A program made the position numbers and the translations under genes. From Marsupella aquatica (taxonomy: Eukaryota > Plantae > Marchantiophyta), in contig OZ316893.1 in NCBI GenBank assembly GCA_973895155.1, positions 26,586,798 to 26,650,797 of the forward strand: a stretch of 64,000 nt of DNA, written 5' to 3'. The number at the start of each line of letters is the position of its first letter. Position 1 is the first letter of the stretch. The notes below the pieces were generated by a model. The model ran no database searches. It worked only from the letters and a program-made list of their open reading frames with translations, and had not been told where the DNA came from. Positions 48,901 through 62,816 of this stretch are shown in pieces.

Positions 48901-51900
48901 CACTGACGGATTCAAGTCGAAGGTTGGATTCGACTGCATGCCTTGCTTTCCCCAAGCCAACCTTGCTGCAACCGCTGACACTAGCCGCACAATTGATTGC
49001 ATTATCCAAAGCCATATCCATAGTTTTCCTGTGAGTGCGAATGCAACAACTCTGGACAAGGATCCAAGATTTGAAGCTCAACAAGAACTATGGACGCCAG
49101 AGAGAGAAAATGGCTGCGAGAGCACAATGGCTTGCTCCTATGGGAGAATGCCCGACGGGTTCCAAGGTGGTTGTGGGATTTTCCAAATGAATCCATTTGG
49201 AAAGTGTGCATCACGAATAAGGCAAGAAGATGATCTAGGACTTTCTGTCGCAGCAGAAAGTGATCCACTCTCTCAACGACATATTGAAGATGATCAGCAG
49301 CAACCTACAACAAATCCCAGTCAAAGGAGCAACAGAGAAAGATGGATGTCCTATCCGGGAAAAGATTCCGAAGCTGGTATATTGAAACCCTTCCAATCTA
49401 GAGAAGGTCCGGAACCTCCAGTCCCAGGGATGGAATCCAGAAGTGACGAACAAGATGAATACCAAAGGAGCTTGGAAAAAGATGTAGAACCTGGAATATT
49501 GAGACCTCTCAATTTTAGAAAGGGCCCAGACGATCCACTCCCAAAGAAGGAATTCAAAACTAACAAACAGGCGGCAAGGCTCTACCCAGGAGTGGAGGTT
49601 CGTCATTCTTGTCATACATTTCGTCCATACAAGGGAGCAGATGTTTCTCCGTCAGAGGTGAGTTCTACTGCTAGGAAAGAGAATGAAGAAAACTGGAAGG
49701 ACTGTGAAAAACTAGACCCTGCAAGCGTCCCCCAAAGCGGTGACATATGCTTTGGAGACAGCTGGTCACAAACTGAGTGGAACAATAATGAGTCAAAAAC
49801 CTCTACTCAAGAACGCCCTGAAAATAAGTGGTTAAGAAGAGAGGCAAGAGAACCACTAGCCGAACAGAAAAGCGTGTCAACAGAAAAAATTCGAAAGGAG
49901 TGGGTACAGGATGATGGCACCACGTCTGCGACTCAAGACTCGACACCGATGAACAAGAATCCACATGACAAGTGGTCGAGGTATTGGCAAAAGCAACCTC
50001 CGGAGGGCTACTTTGAGCAGACAGGGAAAGACAAGAAAAAGTTCACACCTCACAACTCCACCGATTCCCAAGACTCTTCTCTTGAGGATGGCTGGCGAAG
50101 GAATGAGAACACAGCGGCAGTAAGTGAAGGGCTGAAGTCAAGTATCCCACCTGTCCCTCTGCACCAGGGACCGTCAGAATTGGAATCTCAAGGACTGATG
50201 GTTCCCCATCTTGACGATGAACCAGCAATCGCAGACGTGTACCCCAGTGCTTATGGCTACAAGAGCATGGAAGTCAGTCCTAGTCTCCTTCCTTATCAGC
50301 GTAACCCTGAAGATGAACAACTTCATATAGATCAAACATCACTAGACTCAAACCACCAATGTCTTGGAAAGAATTGGCAACACAAACAAAAACAGGAGTC
50401 TGTAGCGGAAGCTTTGGAAGCGTCCGAAACACTTTTGAGGAAACTAACACCTATTAGACTCCCCGAATTTGAGAGTGGGCAAGCTGAATCGTCCTCGTCC
50501 GGATTGTCACAGAATACGGGAGCTTGTTGTCCAATATCTTTGTTTCCGACAAAAGAAAAGAGGAAGCCAAAGCGAACACATACAAAAGATGTTGAAATAC
50601 AAACCACCACTTGTTGTCGAGGACTTTCCAATCAACAAACAAATACGGAAATTGCAAACCTTGATATTGATGAACCCCACATGGGATCGGTATCGACACA
50701 AGATTCCCAAGACACTTTTCAGGAAGAGAACCAAAAGAGAAAAAAGCAAAAAACTACGAGTACAAGAAGGGTTAGAGGTTCTTCTACTCCTGTGGGACAA
50801 TTTGAGGGTCGCCAGATACAGTCTTCAAGAAAAGTCCGTGTTGGTGAATACAGTGTTCATGCTGAGTCGACGGAACTAGACTTAAATGCCCCACGAATAT
50901 TCCAGGAGCAGAATGAGCCGTTCAATGAAATCATAACAGAAAAGGAAGAAATTCTTGATTTTAAAAACCAATCGCCTTCTAACCGGGGAAAGAAAAAGAA
51001 ATTAGAGCTGCAGAAGTCAAACGCTTTCGACGCTACTGCAAATACTAGCAACAACTTTCATACCGTTTCATGTGACAAACCTCCTGAACCTTCTGTCGAT
51101 CGTGCGCGACAAGAAAGAGATTTGGAAGATTTAGAAAGTCAAAGTTGCTATACCGCCAACGGTCGTAACAAGGCATCATTTAGCCAACAATCGAAATTAG
51201 ATCAAACTAAAAAAAATAAAAAGATTTCGCATAGACCAGCATGTGCTACCAATCTCTTTGCTTGTAAAAGATGGACAAGTGATGAAGACTCGGAGGGCGA
51301 GAAGCACCAGGGACACTTAGTGTCAGGTACTTCAGAGTTAAATAATTGGGCTTGTCAACCAAGCACACACAACCCAGAAAGCTACGGTGTAACATTACTC
51401 ACCATCTGGCTTGTTTAGGCATTATTTCAAGGAAAGGAGGAGCCACATTTTTAGAGTAGAAGACACACGAGCGGTGCTCGTAGTGAAAGTCTCTACCGCG
51501 CAAGTCTCTGATCAGACACAGAAATCAATCGAATCTATATTATTATCATTATAAGCTTCTTTTTCATCCAAGTTTCTAATGTGTGAAATACATTTGATTG
51601 CAGGGGAGAAGAAAGCTTCTGGGAGAAAGCTTAACACCTATAGCAGCAGATCGAAGAAAAATTCACACTTTGCACTCACTACGAGTACCACAGAATCGTC
51701 GTCGTCAGGTTTAGCACCTACTCAATCTGCAATCTCTGTGGTTTATATCCAATGTCCATCCATTCTTGCAAGTTGCCATGGTGTATGAAACTTCAAGGGA
51801 AGGATGGAAAAACCATCTGAAAGACCATTCTGAAAAACTCGAGTAATACAAACTCATATTGATAGGAGAAACGAAGGCTTGGTGAGGTCTCCGCAAGTAA

Positions 51901-53583
51901 CACTGGAAACAAAACCTCTTGAAATCTTCCTGGAAAAAGATCTCAAGGAAGCTATTGTCAACCTGATGTAGTTTGGTCTTTAGAGTTCAAGAATTAAAGA
52001 TAATTCTCAAACATTATGTTTGAATGAATTTTTTTGCAGGTGACGATAGATATGACATAGCTTCGAAGCGCTTTCGAGATAATCTTTTCAAAAACAAAAA
52101 TCGGGACAACTGCGAGGTTACCGAGTCTACAGCCTCACAAGCAATCACCAAAGATGGAGTAAAAAATTGCCAGCAAAAGACTACGGAAAACCAACCATTC
52201 ATGAGATGCTCACCAGGAGACGCAGTCGGTCCCATATTACAGAAATTCGAGGAGAGCGATGAATTTTGTCGTTCACCGGTTTTCAAAGAGTTGGTAGCTG
52301 TTGAGAGCCAAATGAGAGACATTGCGAAAATTATAAAAGGTATTGCTGGCCCTGACTACCTTGACGCAATTGAAGATTCGGAAAATCAAATCGAGGATGG
52401 CAATGTGAGTTCTGAAGACGAGCCACGATCTCAAAAAGGCAAAGTTTCCGTTTACGCGAACCCTATTTGGTTTGCCCAATGGAAGGAGCCTGTCTCAGTT
52501 CAAATGGCAACCAGACTAGCAGGGGATGAAGTCCCCGTCTACTATGACGAAGGTTTCCAAATAGGGTACATACCCACAGGATACAGGGGAAGCAAAGGGA
52601 TGCGAAAGACCAAAAAGGCAGAAAAATTGAACGAAGAATTCAGCAAATTCATGAACCAGAAGATAAAAGCTCCGAGTGACGACGACAACAATGTCTATTA
52701 TGAAAACAGCAAGAATGGGACACAACCCAAAAAGCGTTTCTCTCAAAAGTTTACAGCCAAGCGCCTGCTGCATGAGAAACTTCACCCTCATGACCACAGA
52801 AGCTCCGCAGTTGTCCAGGTCGAGGTGGCTCCTGAATATTCGTCATCCAGCAGTGATTGGTCCTGGAAAGAAGACCTCCTTCGGTCCCATAGAAAAGTGT
52901 TTTGTAAGGATCTGGAGGTGATGTCCATACGTAAGAAGGCGCCCCTCAATGGTGACAGCAGTGATGAAAGCTTCCCTTCACCAAGATACGAAATGCCAAG
53001 TGTGTTCATGGGACAAGTCGATGAAGAGCTTGCCAGACTAAAGACTGCTAAGAGGCAGCTCCAAGAAGGATTCCAAGAGCCCGTTGGGACCACGTTGCCT
53101 TATAGATTGGAGAACTGCAATAAAAGTAAGACAGGCCACACCAGGGGGGCTTGTGTTCAGGAAGATGAAGACTGCCAGTCTGATGACTCTGACTTCATAT
53201 CTTTAAGGAGATTCAAGGGGAAGTCGATGAAGAATTCCACTGACTATGGAGAAGAGGGCAACTCACAGCTTGGCTGGGCAAATAAGCCTGTCCAAGATTT
53301 TACTGAAGATGCAGACGACGATAGCCCAAGGGGCCGTCAACAATGTCTTGGACCGACTCGTAGGTCTATCAAAAATTCTACTGAGTTTGCTGAAGACGAC
53401 TGTTCTCGGGAGGACGGTCAATGTGTTGGATGGATGGGAAGATGCATGTCTCCAGGAAAGTCTCGAGAAGGGTCTCCGAGTAAGGCCAAAAAGGCCCTTG
53501 AGAACAAAGGTGAAATTCTGACATTTTCTTCCCTCTATCAATCACCTGAAGTCCATTCGTACAACCCAGATTCAGATATTTGA
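42917..53583 (+). CDS. Giant low-complexity protein; exons 42917-51326, 51604-51708 and 52040-53583 (3352 aa), or spliced at 53509 into the downstream SAS-4-like exons
   Basis: 8.5 kb stop-free ORF; phase-1 GT-AG introns join three ORFs in frame; Ser/Glu/Lys-rich with recurrent GC(L/F)PF and SGRxxC motifs; no globular domain recognised. Confidence 0.8.
46958..48260 (+). repeat. Coding tandem repeat: 213 bp (71 aa) x4, then 150 bp units, built on a roughly 25 aa module
   Basis: GATGAATCT-like unit starts at 46958, 47171, 47384, 47597, 47810, 47960 and 48110. Confidence 0.85.
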
Positions 53584-54892
53584 ATGGAATTGCTGTCCCT
53601 TCAATAGTTTCGAAACACACCAAGAAATGGGTTTGTATTAATTCATGCATGCTGCTCCTCAAAACTTGAAGGTTGTCTGCTGAAAAATCGGTCTGGCTGA
53701 CAAACGGCAAGAAATCATTGGATGGCTTCGAAATTGGCAGTTTTCCAGAATGGTGCCTCTTGTCAATGGTAAAGTCATTTCGCATATGCTGAAAATATAA
53801 TTATTGTACTTCTCTTGGTTCTGAGTCCCTCGGACAGAGTTCCAGCTGCTCCAGAGAAGAGTTCAAAAAGAGCTTGGAGGAAAACGACAGATCGAATCTG
53901 CCAAGATTGCACAGCACTCTCCACAGGCATTCAATCGTCCTCTTTAACTTCTGTCAAGATCTCACATTTCATTGAAAATTAATAACATCACAGAATTACT
54001 TGTGAGAGTTTACATATACACCTATGTCATGCACTATTGTCGATCTCATATAATTCCGTGTGCTGATCAACTTGGAGAGTTCTTAGTAAACAAACGGGAC
54101 CACTGATCAAGGTCAGAGGTCACTCCTCAGTCTTAGGAAATCTTTCATCTTGGCGCCTGGTAAATTCTGTTGGCCAGTTTTGCATACGAGGAACTGTATC
54201 GGAGCTCACAAGTTAGAGTTATTGGGACCTAATCTTCTAGTAATTTCATCTACGCTAATTCGGTACTGCAGAATTTGCTTCGAACAGAATAGCTTCATAT
54301 TCGTCAAACTTGTTTGAAGTAGAGACAAGACCTGTTTTCAGGCTAAGCAAACAGCGCCGAATGTGACTTTTTGATCAGTGAGATTGCAAAAATTGAGAAT
54401 GACAGAGTTCTAGTTGATCCTGAAGAGAAGTTGGTAGTTTCCTGGCTAGCCACGAGCAATCTGTTTGACGAAATGCGTTATAGCCTAGCGTTTCGGGTAA
54501 CTGAGAACTTCAACATCCTCCACCACGAGAGATGATGTTGAAGCAACGGAACCACTCTACCGGACTTAATGCAATCGAATGAGGACACACATGTTATATG
54601 ACAGTTCCTAAAGATTTCTCCGAGACAATAAAGCAGCTGGAGTACTCGTGAGACAGCCTGGAAAAAGGATCCTATTTCTACAATTGAAAGCTAGTGCAGG
54701 TTTTGAACGCACAATTTAGCACGATATAGTGGTGAGAGTCTGCAGAGGAGGTCTGGTAGAAATGGTTTAAGAACTCATGCCAACGACTAGATCCTCACGT
54801 TCGTTTCGTTTTCATATCTTTCCCCAAATTTCTTGAACGTGCTCGGAAGTAGATACTCTGTCTGCAATTGATACACCAAAATGGTCCTACAG

Positions 54893-54966
54893 ATGTTATG
54901 TTATGTTATGTTATGTTATGTTATGTTATGTTATGTTATGTTGTGTTGTGTTATGTTATGTTATGT
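54893..54966. repeat. (ATGTT)n microsatellite
   Basis: Directly visible. Confidence 0.95.
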
Positions 54967-55654
54967 ATAACTTTCCAAAAAACGCCAGTTCCAGCTGGAC
55001 GGCGTGACTCACAATTTTCTACGCACGACTGGGTTCATGAATACCCAGCGAACATCTATCTGACTTTCAGGTGAATGTGCACAAGATATCCCCAATCCTA
55101 AGAGCCTTGTTGTCTTTCCAAGTTGAGATCTGCCATTCAAATCGCTCTTTATTCAACTTTAGATTATCCTATAGGTTTATCGACATCTACGACAGCGGTC
55201 AGTATGAGAAACCTCCGATTTCTCTTGTCCTTTCTGCAATTTTAAGCTGCCCAGATTCTGCTGTGGTCCACCACTAGTCCTTCTTCCATTGCAGGGCCTC
55301 TACGCATTAATGTTATCTAATTTGGACGTGGATAGGCTTGTGACTTGGACCCAAGCATCTAGCCGACAACTTCAACAGGGCTCGCTAGGAACCATGTCCC
55401 TAAGTAGTCAGGAAATCAAGGTTTCATAACAAGCTACATTACACTGTAGCCTCTGCCTTTGGCTACTCCATTGCACCGTGTTAACTTACAGTTCACCACT
55501 TGGGCTACTTGTCGAGCTTAATTATATCAGGAGAGCTGACCTTGAAGCCGTGGTTCAACCAACATTACTTACGAACCTTTCAGATTATTGCGACAAAGGG
55601 TCCAAAGCATACTTGCCATGAACGATGTTGCGGTTTCAATTTCGATATCCACAG

Positions 55655-58600
55655 GAAGAGATGACTGAACAACTGAAAGAAGTAGGTGCATTGAGGTCCG
55701 AGCGTGCTACCAATCTGGACGAAGATCGCTCTCAAGGGGCACAATTTGTGGATGTAAAATTGGGTCCATCTTTTGCTGAGAGTAATCAGGAATTCCCTCG
55801 TGGAAAATCTTCTGTGGTTGAGGAGGCCGATGTCCCTGTCTCATCATTGGTGAAGTTGATGTTTGGGACTCAAAAAACGACTAACCGTGCCGAGAGAAAG
55901 CAAGAGTCAGCGAACAAATTACAGGCTGCTGAAATCCTCATTCAAAAGAAAGTGGGAGATTTGGAGTCAGAGATTGCAAATTTTCAGGAAAGCAATAGAA
56001 GACTTGGTGTCATCACGAAGGTATCAAAGCTATTTTATTTAAGTCGAGAGTTAACGCATATTCTCATCGATGCTGCGGCAGCACACCTATCAACCTGAAC
56101 TGTGTTACAACAAGATTGCTTAGCCTGATAGGAACCATGGTTGGACAGGAGAATGCCGCACACATGTCCCGCCTTATGCAGGAGAGAGCAGCCTGGGAGG
56201 CGCAAAAGAACGCGGAAATGGAAGCTCTTCAACAATACAAGGAAGCTCAAGTATGGGACCAATACCTCATATAGAGATGTCCAAATGCATATAAATTAAG
56301 CTCAACAGTAAAAGCGTAAATATGTAAAATTCCATATCTTGAATGTGTTTCAGATTTTTCACAAAACAGTTTTCCGCGTGAACTCTTACCAATGAATAGC
56401 ACCTATTATGGCGTGAATTTTCATTTCTACAAAGGATGCTCTGGGACAGTAATTTGACTTCCTTGCTTCCAGAGAAATTTCTTTCTCAATGAAGGACTCA
56501 CCGTCATCTATGTCACAATCTAATAGTTTATTGAAATTTTACTAATATTTCCAATTGAACCAAGAGTTGATCTTCTAGCCATATTGTCAGCATTCTTTCT
56601 GACTCCAGCTTCTAGACGCTGAAAAAGGATTTTAATGAACATATCTCTATCACCAGGAGCTCCTGTTATTCAGCAAAATCCTGCTAAGACTGCTTCACTG
56701 GACTTGGAGAAGAATTAGCTCTATTCAAGTAACACGGATTATAAGGCGTGAACCAAATCGCGTTTCATTGAGCCGTTGTCTATACGATCACTACTTGTAG
56801 ACCACGAATGTCACACTCCCCGGTGGAGTCGACTACTATCTGGAGCAGTGATGATCAGTTCTTTTTGAACCCTGAAGCGAGCTCTTCTCTACTTTAAGAC
56901 AGAACGAATGAACTAATTTTGAAGTCAACAGATCCCCAAATTGAGGCAAGATACCGAAAGTACAAGATGGCAATAAAACCTCAAAGGTACATCGTCACAT
57001 GGATTTGACCCAATATTGGGAGCTTCGAAGCTCAGCTTGAGTGAAAGCATGCGAAGAAATGAAAAATCTGCTCAGCGGCATTATCTTCTCGATCTGAAAC
57101 AGACCAGGAGATCTGTGACGAGCCTCTAACAACGTGTCTTTTCTTCATTTCCAAGAAAAATTGTAACGAAGGGTGTTGGTCACATTAATCATCTTGGGGC
57201 TATGCTATCGTCAATCAACACAAGTGATGACTTCAAGCCTTACTTATTGGCTCCTTGAGCATATCCTGGACGAGGTTCTAAAATATTTATTCTAAAACTT
57301 GATTTCAAACGACGCTACGCACGAGAAATAGTTTTTCACAGCTCACATGCTGCGCAGATGAATAAGCTTCAAAAGGAGAAGTGCAAAATGGAGCACCAAA
57401 CACGGGCACAAATCCCCAAAAAGGAGGAGCGCAAGGAGATGGAAGAGCTCAGGGCGAAACTTGCTGCAGAACGAGAGCTACATCTGAAAAAGGAGCTGCA
57501 ATGGCGTCAGACGGTTTGATTACTCCGCATCTGTCTTCAGTTCGCCGATTCCATGAAAGTTCCAAATAGTTTGCTACAGGTCAAATGTGCAAGTGGTGGC
57601 TCAAATTCCCTTACACCAAAAGTTGATCGTCTCATCATGAAGGAGTGCTTTTAGTAAAAACATTTTGACGTACAATCGGACACATTATCTTCACTGCAGA
57701 GCTACGTAAATGATCTCACGAGCCCAATTTAGCACTTACACCTTAAACCGTACAACCTAGACTAGAACATCTGTACTTGCTACTGCAACAACTAATAAGC
57801 GCGAAATCTCTGTCAAGTTAAAGCAAAGTTTTTTGCAGCTTCGGTTGCCAGTGGAGTGCAACGAATCCACGTGATGCAAAGTAGATTACAAGAAAGCAAT
57901 TGACGACGATACTTTCTCGTCAATAGTTTAAGATCGTAAGTTGAAGTGATGGAAGTAGTGTTTGCTGAACTGCACATCAATTGCAGATCTACTTCCGGGG
58001 TCAATCCTTAGACATTCTCGATCAGGAGGTTGGAGTTGGGATCTGTGGTTCTGGCCCAAAAAGTAGTTGCCTACGGGACTTCGATTAAAGTAAAAAATTG
58101 GCACAAACTTATTCAGGCATTCACGCAACTAAGACGAATAGGTAAAAGTTGAACTAGGGGGGAGATTTAGGATTTAAGATGACTCATCTTGATCTTAAGA
58201 GTACGGATCATCGAGTACAAATCTCAGGAGGTAACTCCCATCCTGTCTTTGGACGTGACATCGAATTGGTGCCTTGATTATACGGAAGAGCTCTAGAGCA
58301 GAAGTTTATCTAAATCCTAGAGGATACATGCATCAGGATACTTGAATTAACTTTAATAGACAAACAAGGTGTCGAACTTGAAACCTGGAAAATTAAACCA
58401 GCTCATGTTCGTAAGTCCAGGATAGAAAATGCAATTCAAGCCAAATAGAAACAGAAGTCTACACAATCTGTTGAAGGAGGGGGGACAAAGGTGCAACAAG
58501 GGGGAAATGTGCAGCAGTCAGGGTAACCACAACCCTGGAACAGATAAGCGATGGTGTCAACACCTGGAAAGTTAATTTGCTCTCTTAAACAGGATCTTGA

Positions 58601-59729
58601 CATCGGGAGGACTGTTGCCCAGCTCATCTCACTTCTTTTTCTCTGTTATCTTCCTTCCTCCCACTCATTTATTTTTGTAATTGCCTACTGCAGAGCAGTC
58701 GCCTCCGTGGAGTAAATGAAGATCTCAAAAAGCAGATTCATGAACTACGGAAGGAGGTAATTTACCCCCTTAACATGCGTAGAAAATTCTGCTTTGGGCA
58801 CAGTTTTAAGAATGAATCTGATAAGTAAATGTGTTGATGATCTTAGTGTTACCGGAGTACGATTCACAACCAAACCCTCCACTATACTTTGGAGTGCTGA
58901 ATTGCCTCAAAACCCGGAAAGATAAACGTCCGTAAGAGCATTGTGATTTCACTGGGGAGGAGAACACGGGCTGAAGTCTCATCAAGCCCGCCCTCTGTGT
59001 GGTTTTTCGCCTGAGCCTTGAGTCAAAAAAGTTATTTCTGACCAAGGTGGAGTTTCAGCAACTCTCCCTTCAGTAGGACATTCATAAAGTTGAGAGACTC
59101 CGCTTTTTAAGCTGAGTTGTTTTCTAAACTACAGTGTGGCCAACCCTAGAAATCAACTTCAGTTCAAACCTTGGATCTGCTTAGCTGGGCTCTCACACGA
59201 TCATGGGATTGCTTGTAAGAAAGTGTGACGCGTTTGACAGATTGGCTGGCATGAAGATCGGCTCCTCATGGACGCAGCCGCCAAAGGTTCAGATCGTGAT
59301 TGCACCTTCAACAATTCCAGGCAAAAGGCAGGCGGGACATGCAATGGCAACAGATCCACGAGCAATGAAAACGCCGTTTGCCAGCCAAGAGGGAAGGCAA
59401 GACAGGAACGGAATGTAAACACCTCTACTAATGCGATGCGTGAAGCACTTCGTCCAGCAAAATTCAAAGTTGAAATTATCAAGAAAAACGAACAACCAAC
59501 TAAAATTAAGCTTGACGTTGTTCATAAGAACCTCAACAAAGCCAAGGAATACCTTAGAGATAACTCCACAACAGCTGCTGCTCTTGATACCCTGAGCAAT
59601 TGCGAGGATGCAGCAACAGCACTTGCCACAAAAATGAAGCTATTGGAGAAAGAAGTTGAACAATGGATTGACGCTCATTTCAATCGCTGCAATCAAACGC
59701 CTATACTAAAATCCAAAGTACATCGTTAA
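55655..59729 (+). CDS. SAS-4/CPAP (CENPJ)-like coiled-coil region; exons 55655-56020, 56149-56250, 57358-57513, 58694-58756 and 59241-59729; 5' end unresolved
   Basis: All phase-0 GT-AG introns; spliced KVGDLESEIANFQESNRRL...RLMQERAAWEAQKNAEMEALQQYKEAQMNKLQKEK...PKKEERKEMEELRAKL...KKELQWRQTSSRLR...ELRKEI parallels the CPAP coiled coil as I recall it (LETEIEKFKAEN...PDKKEREEIQTLK...KETKWSSTHSRLR). Confidence 0.72.
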
Positions 59730-60239
59730 ATTATAACAAGACCAGGAACAAGAGAAGACCCATAGTGCTGCATTAAGGAAGTTCTACTCCTGACCTCGAG
59801 GAACGCATCGAGCATGGCCAGGATGAAACTAAAATACAAGTTTGCCAGCATCCATGAGGATGGCACCAAGATGAAATGGAGAGTCAACAATGGGGCATAT
59901 CTCTTTCTTATCTAGTCAGTTTCATGAACAAATCAACCGGCTTGACATTTCAGCATCTCAAGGGCATATCTGTCTCATGATCCATGCTTGTGGAATCTAG
60001 AGGACAACCCTTGGAATTGAAATTCAAAAAGGGTGCGGCCACATCCTAAAACGTTCAAACCAAAACAGTAGCCCCACACTTTACTTTCTAAATACCAGGA
60101 AGCTGTTAACAACAATTATCTACAGTAGTTAACCATTACTTTACCTTCTGGTTGGGCTTGAAGAGTTATAGCTATCGAAGATCTAATAATTACACTGTAG
60201 TGTTGTGGTCTTTGTCATGCCATTAGGTAATCTAATAAA

Positions 60240-60470
60240 CTGACTATCTTTCAGTTTAGGGGACTTACTAAGGAATCTGATAAGCTGACTATCTTTCAGT
60301 TTAGGGGACTTACTAAGGAATCTGATGAGCTGACTATTTTTCAGTTTAGGGGACTTACTAAGGAATCTGATGAGCTGAATATCTTAGAGGAATTACTAGA
60401 GAATCTGATGAACTGACTAATTATCAGCTTAGAGGACTTACTAGGGAATCTGATATAGTGACTTATCTTT
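60240..60470. repeat. Roughly 45 bp minisatellite, about 5 copies, decaying rightwards
   Basis: CTGACTATCTTTCAGTTTAGGGGACTTACTAAGGAATCTGAT(A/G)AG units. Confidence 0.85.
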
Positions 60471-62533
60471 CAGAATAGTACTTAAACCCTTGTGATCCAC
60501 TAGGCTTGACCCCTTGTACAGAGAAAATCTCACATGAGCGTTTAATGATATACTTTGTTCTTTCTTGCCTGGGAAGAGGCAGGTGCTCAGAAGGAGATAT
60601 AATAGTAAATTTTATTTTTATTTATTACTTTGAGGAAGAAACGCATGGAGTGCCAAGTGCACTATTGAATCAAGACAAAGCCAGCGTAATAATTTTAGGA
60701 CTTATTTCATCTTGTGGTCTTTTGTGCTGTGCAGGGGAGCAAAGGTGTTTGAGGAGCACCCTTTGAGAAGTTTCAAAACAAAGAACTATGCTACCCTTGA
60801 ACACTTTTGCAAACAATACTTTCCTGGATGTCTTACTAATTGGGTTCAATAAGACCCTGGTGTTGAATTGTTATGACTTGAAGGGGTGAGCGAGACTTTT
60901 ATATTAAGTACTGCCAACTATGTTGCTCTCATCATAACATTAGAGTCCCTAATAGACTGTTGTCATACATAATGCACTCTTGAGATGCTTCTTTGAACAC
61001 AGATTTATAGAGAGATAGTCCACACTCATTATAGTAGGTTTTTCAAACTGGCTAGAGTCCAACTACCAAATACTGTCAATTAATAGAAAAACAAGCATTC
61101 CAGAGACTTGATTTGCTCCCAAATACAATACACACGCCCCCAGCTCCTTAAAGGACCTCCATCCTCATCAACCTAATGCTCACCAGGGCATTGCTACAAA
61201 CTGCTCAAGGAAATCCACACACCCTCCTACTAACACATGCACATGCCTTGGTGTAACAGGTTCAAGCTCAAAAGTCAAAAGTGTTGCACATTTTCTTAGT
61301 TCTGGATAGCAGTAATGCCCAAGTAGTATGCCGTTGGATGAAAAAGGTGTTGAGACTGATGCTGGTGGTCTCTTTCAACATATCTCTCCAACAAGAAATC
61401 CTCGGCAAACCTCTTGACTGTCAACTCTTCCTCTGGAGAAACGAGCGCCGTCTTGTGTGCAATATCTGGCACATTTGGAAAGACAAAGATGAAATGGGTG
61501 GCCTTCCAAAGGATTCACACCTCCTTGGCTAGATCAAAAGCTCAGTATGGTACAAGATAAAATTTTACCTCGAGAAGGAATGGTCTAAACTAATCTTGAA
61601 TATTCAGCTTGGCATGGAGTCAGAGAGAGTAGCTTATTAGGAAGTTCCACTATGAGTTTTGTTGTAACATTGATATCTTAGTATAACCTTAAAAGACAAA
61701 ACTGAGGTCCAGCTTGTACCTCCAGACCTTCCATAGCTACTGCTCATGACTACTAGGAGTGTTGCCAAAGAAGGTGTACATCTTCCATCCCATGGTCCAT
61801 GATCAAGCCTGCCCAAGCTCAAACAAGACCAATTAGTTACCACTTTCCACTCCATCACTAACTATAGCAGAAAAACGATTTCCCAAATTAAAGGACCTTT
61901 ATCATGGAATCCATGTCTTACAATATCTTTTGAAATAGGGTTCTGGAGTCATAGGAAAAGATCACCGGGAGTGTTTTTTTTTAATTCATTTGGGCAAATA
62001 TTGTTAATTCTGACCCAAGTTGACTTGCAGGGCATGATTTAAGAATCAGGGTACGGTCTAGGGTTTCTCAGTGGCTTTTGGAAACCAAATTTGCCACTTT
62101 TCTTACTTCTTCAATGCCCTACAGTAGTTGCTGGTTGCTAGATCCAACAATGCTCCTGCAATCTAGGATTAATTGTGTTGTGATAGTATACATTGATTTG
62201 GAGTGCCTTGATTGGAATGCTCATTCCTACGTAGCCAACTGAACTCCAGTCATGTTGAAGTACTTCTTCAGGCGAGGTATAGATGAACTGAACTCCAGTC
62301 ATGTTGAAGTACTACTTAAGGGAAGGTATAGATGTACACCAGAAACACCCCAAGATTTCAAAAAGCATTAAGGGCAGAAAGGGAAAGTTTTCAATTCTCT
62401 CCTAGATGAATGTTGTTTTGCTTATAAGGGGCCAATAGTTCTTACCACGAGGGATGGGGTTTCTTTCACGCTAGCCCTAATGCTGGTGGCCATGCACAAG
62501 AAGGGCTCCTTCTACCCAGACTCCCATGCCCGT

Positions 62534-62816
62534 CCCTACTCACAAATGCAGTAAAGATCCAAATTTCTGGTACCAGATAAATTACAGCCAATGGCTCTAA
62601 GGAATAGGTTATGAAATCTGGACTTGTCCCTACTCACAAACACACCAAATATCCAAATTTTCTGTGACCAGTTAATTACTATGGCTGTGCTCTAAGGAAT
62701 AGGTTATGAACCATAGACTTCTCCTTACTCACAAACAGTAGATATCCAAATTTTCTGGTACCAGATACCAGATAAATTACAGCCTATGGCATCGCTCAAA
62801 AGAATAGGTTATGAAC
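62534..62816. repeat. Roughly 95-100 bp tandem repeat x3
   Basis: TACTCACAAA...ATCCAAATTT...CCAG.TAA.TTAC...ATGGC...GAATAGGTTATGAA repeated three times. Confidence 0.75.

Noticed and set aside
60240-60470. Possible hammerhead ribozyme array (CTGATGAG followed by a small stem)
   Set aside because: No GAAA after the putative stem II and no stems I/III; simple minisatellite
61000-62200. Possible decayed LINE 3' region on the minus strand (also about 1900-2700)
   Set aside because: Only vague Trp/Cys-rich fragments, with no RT or endonuclease motif I can verify
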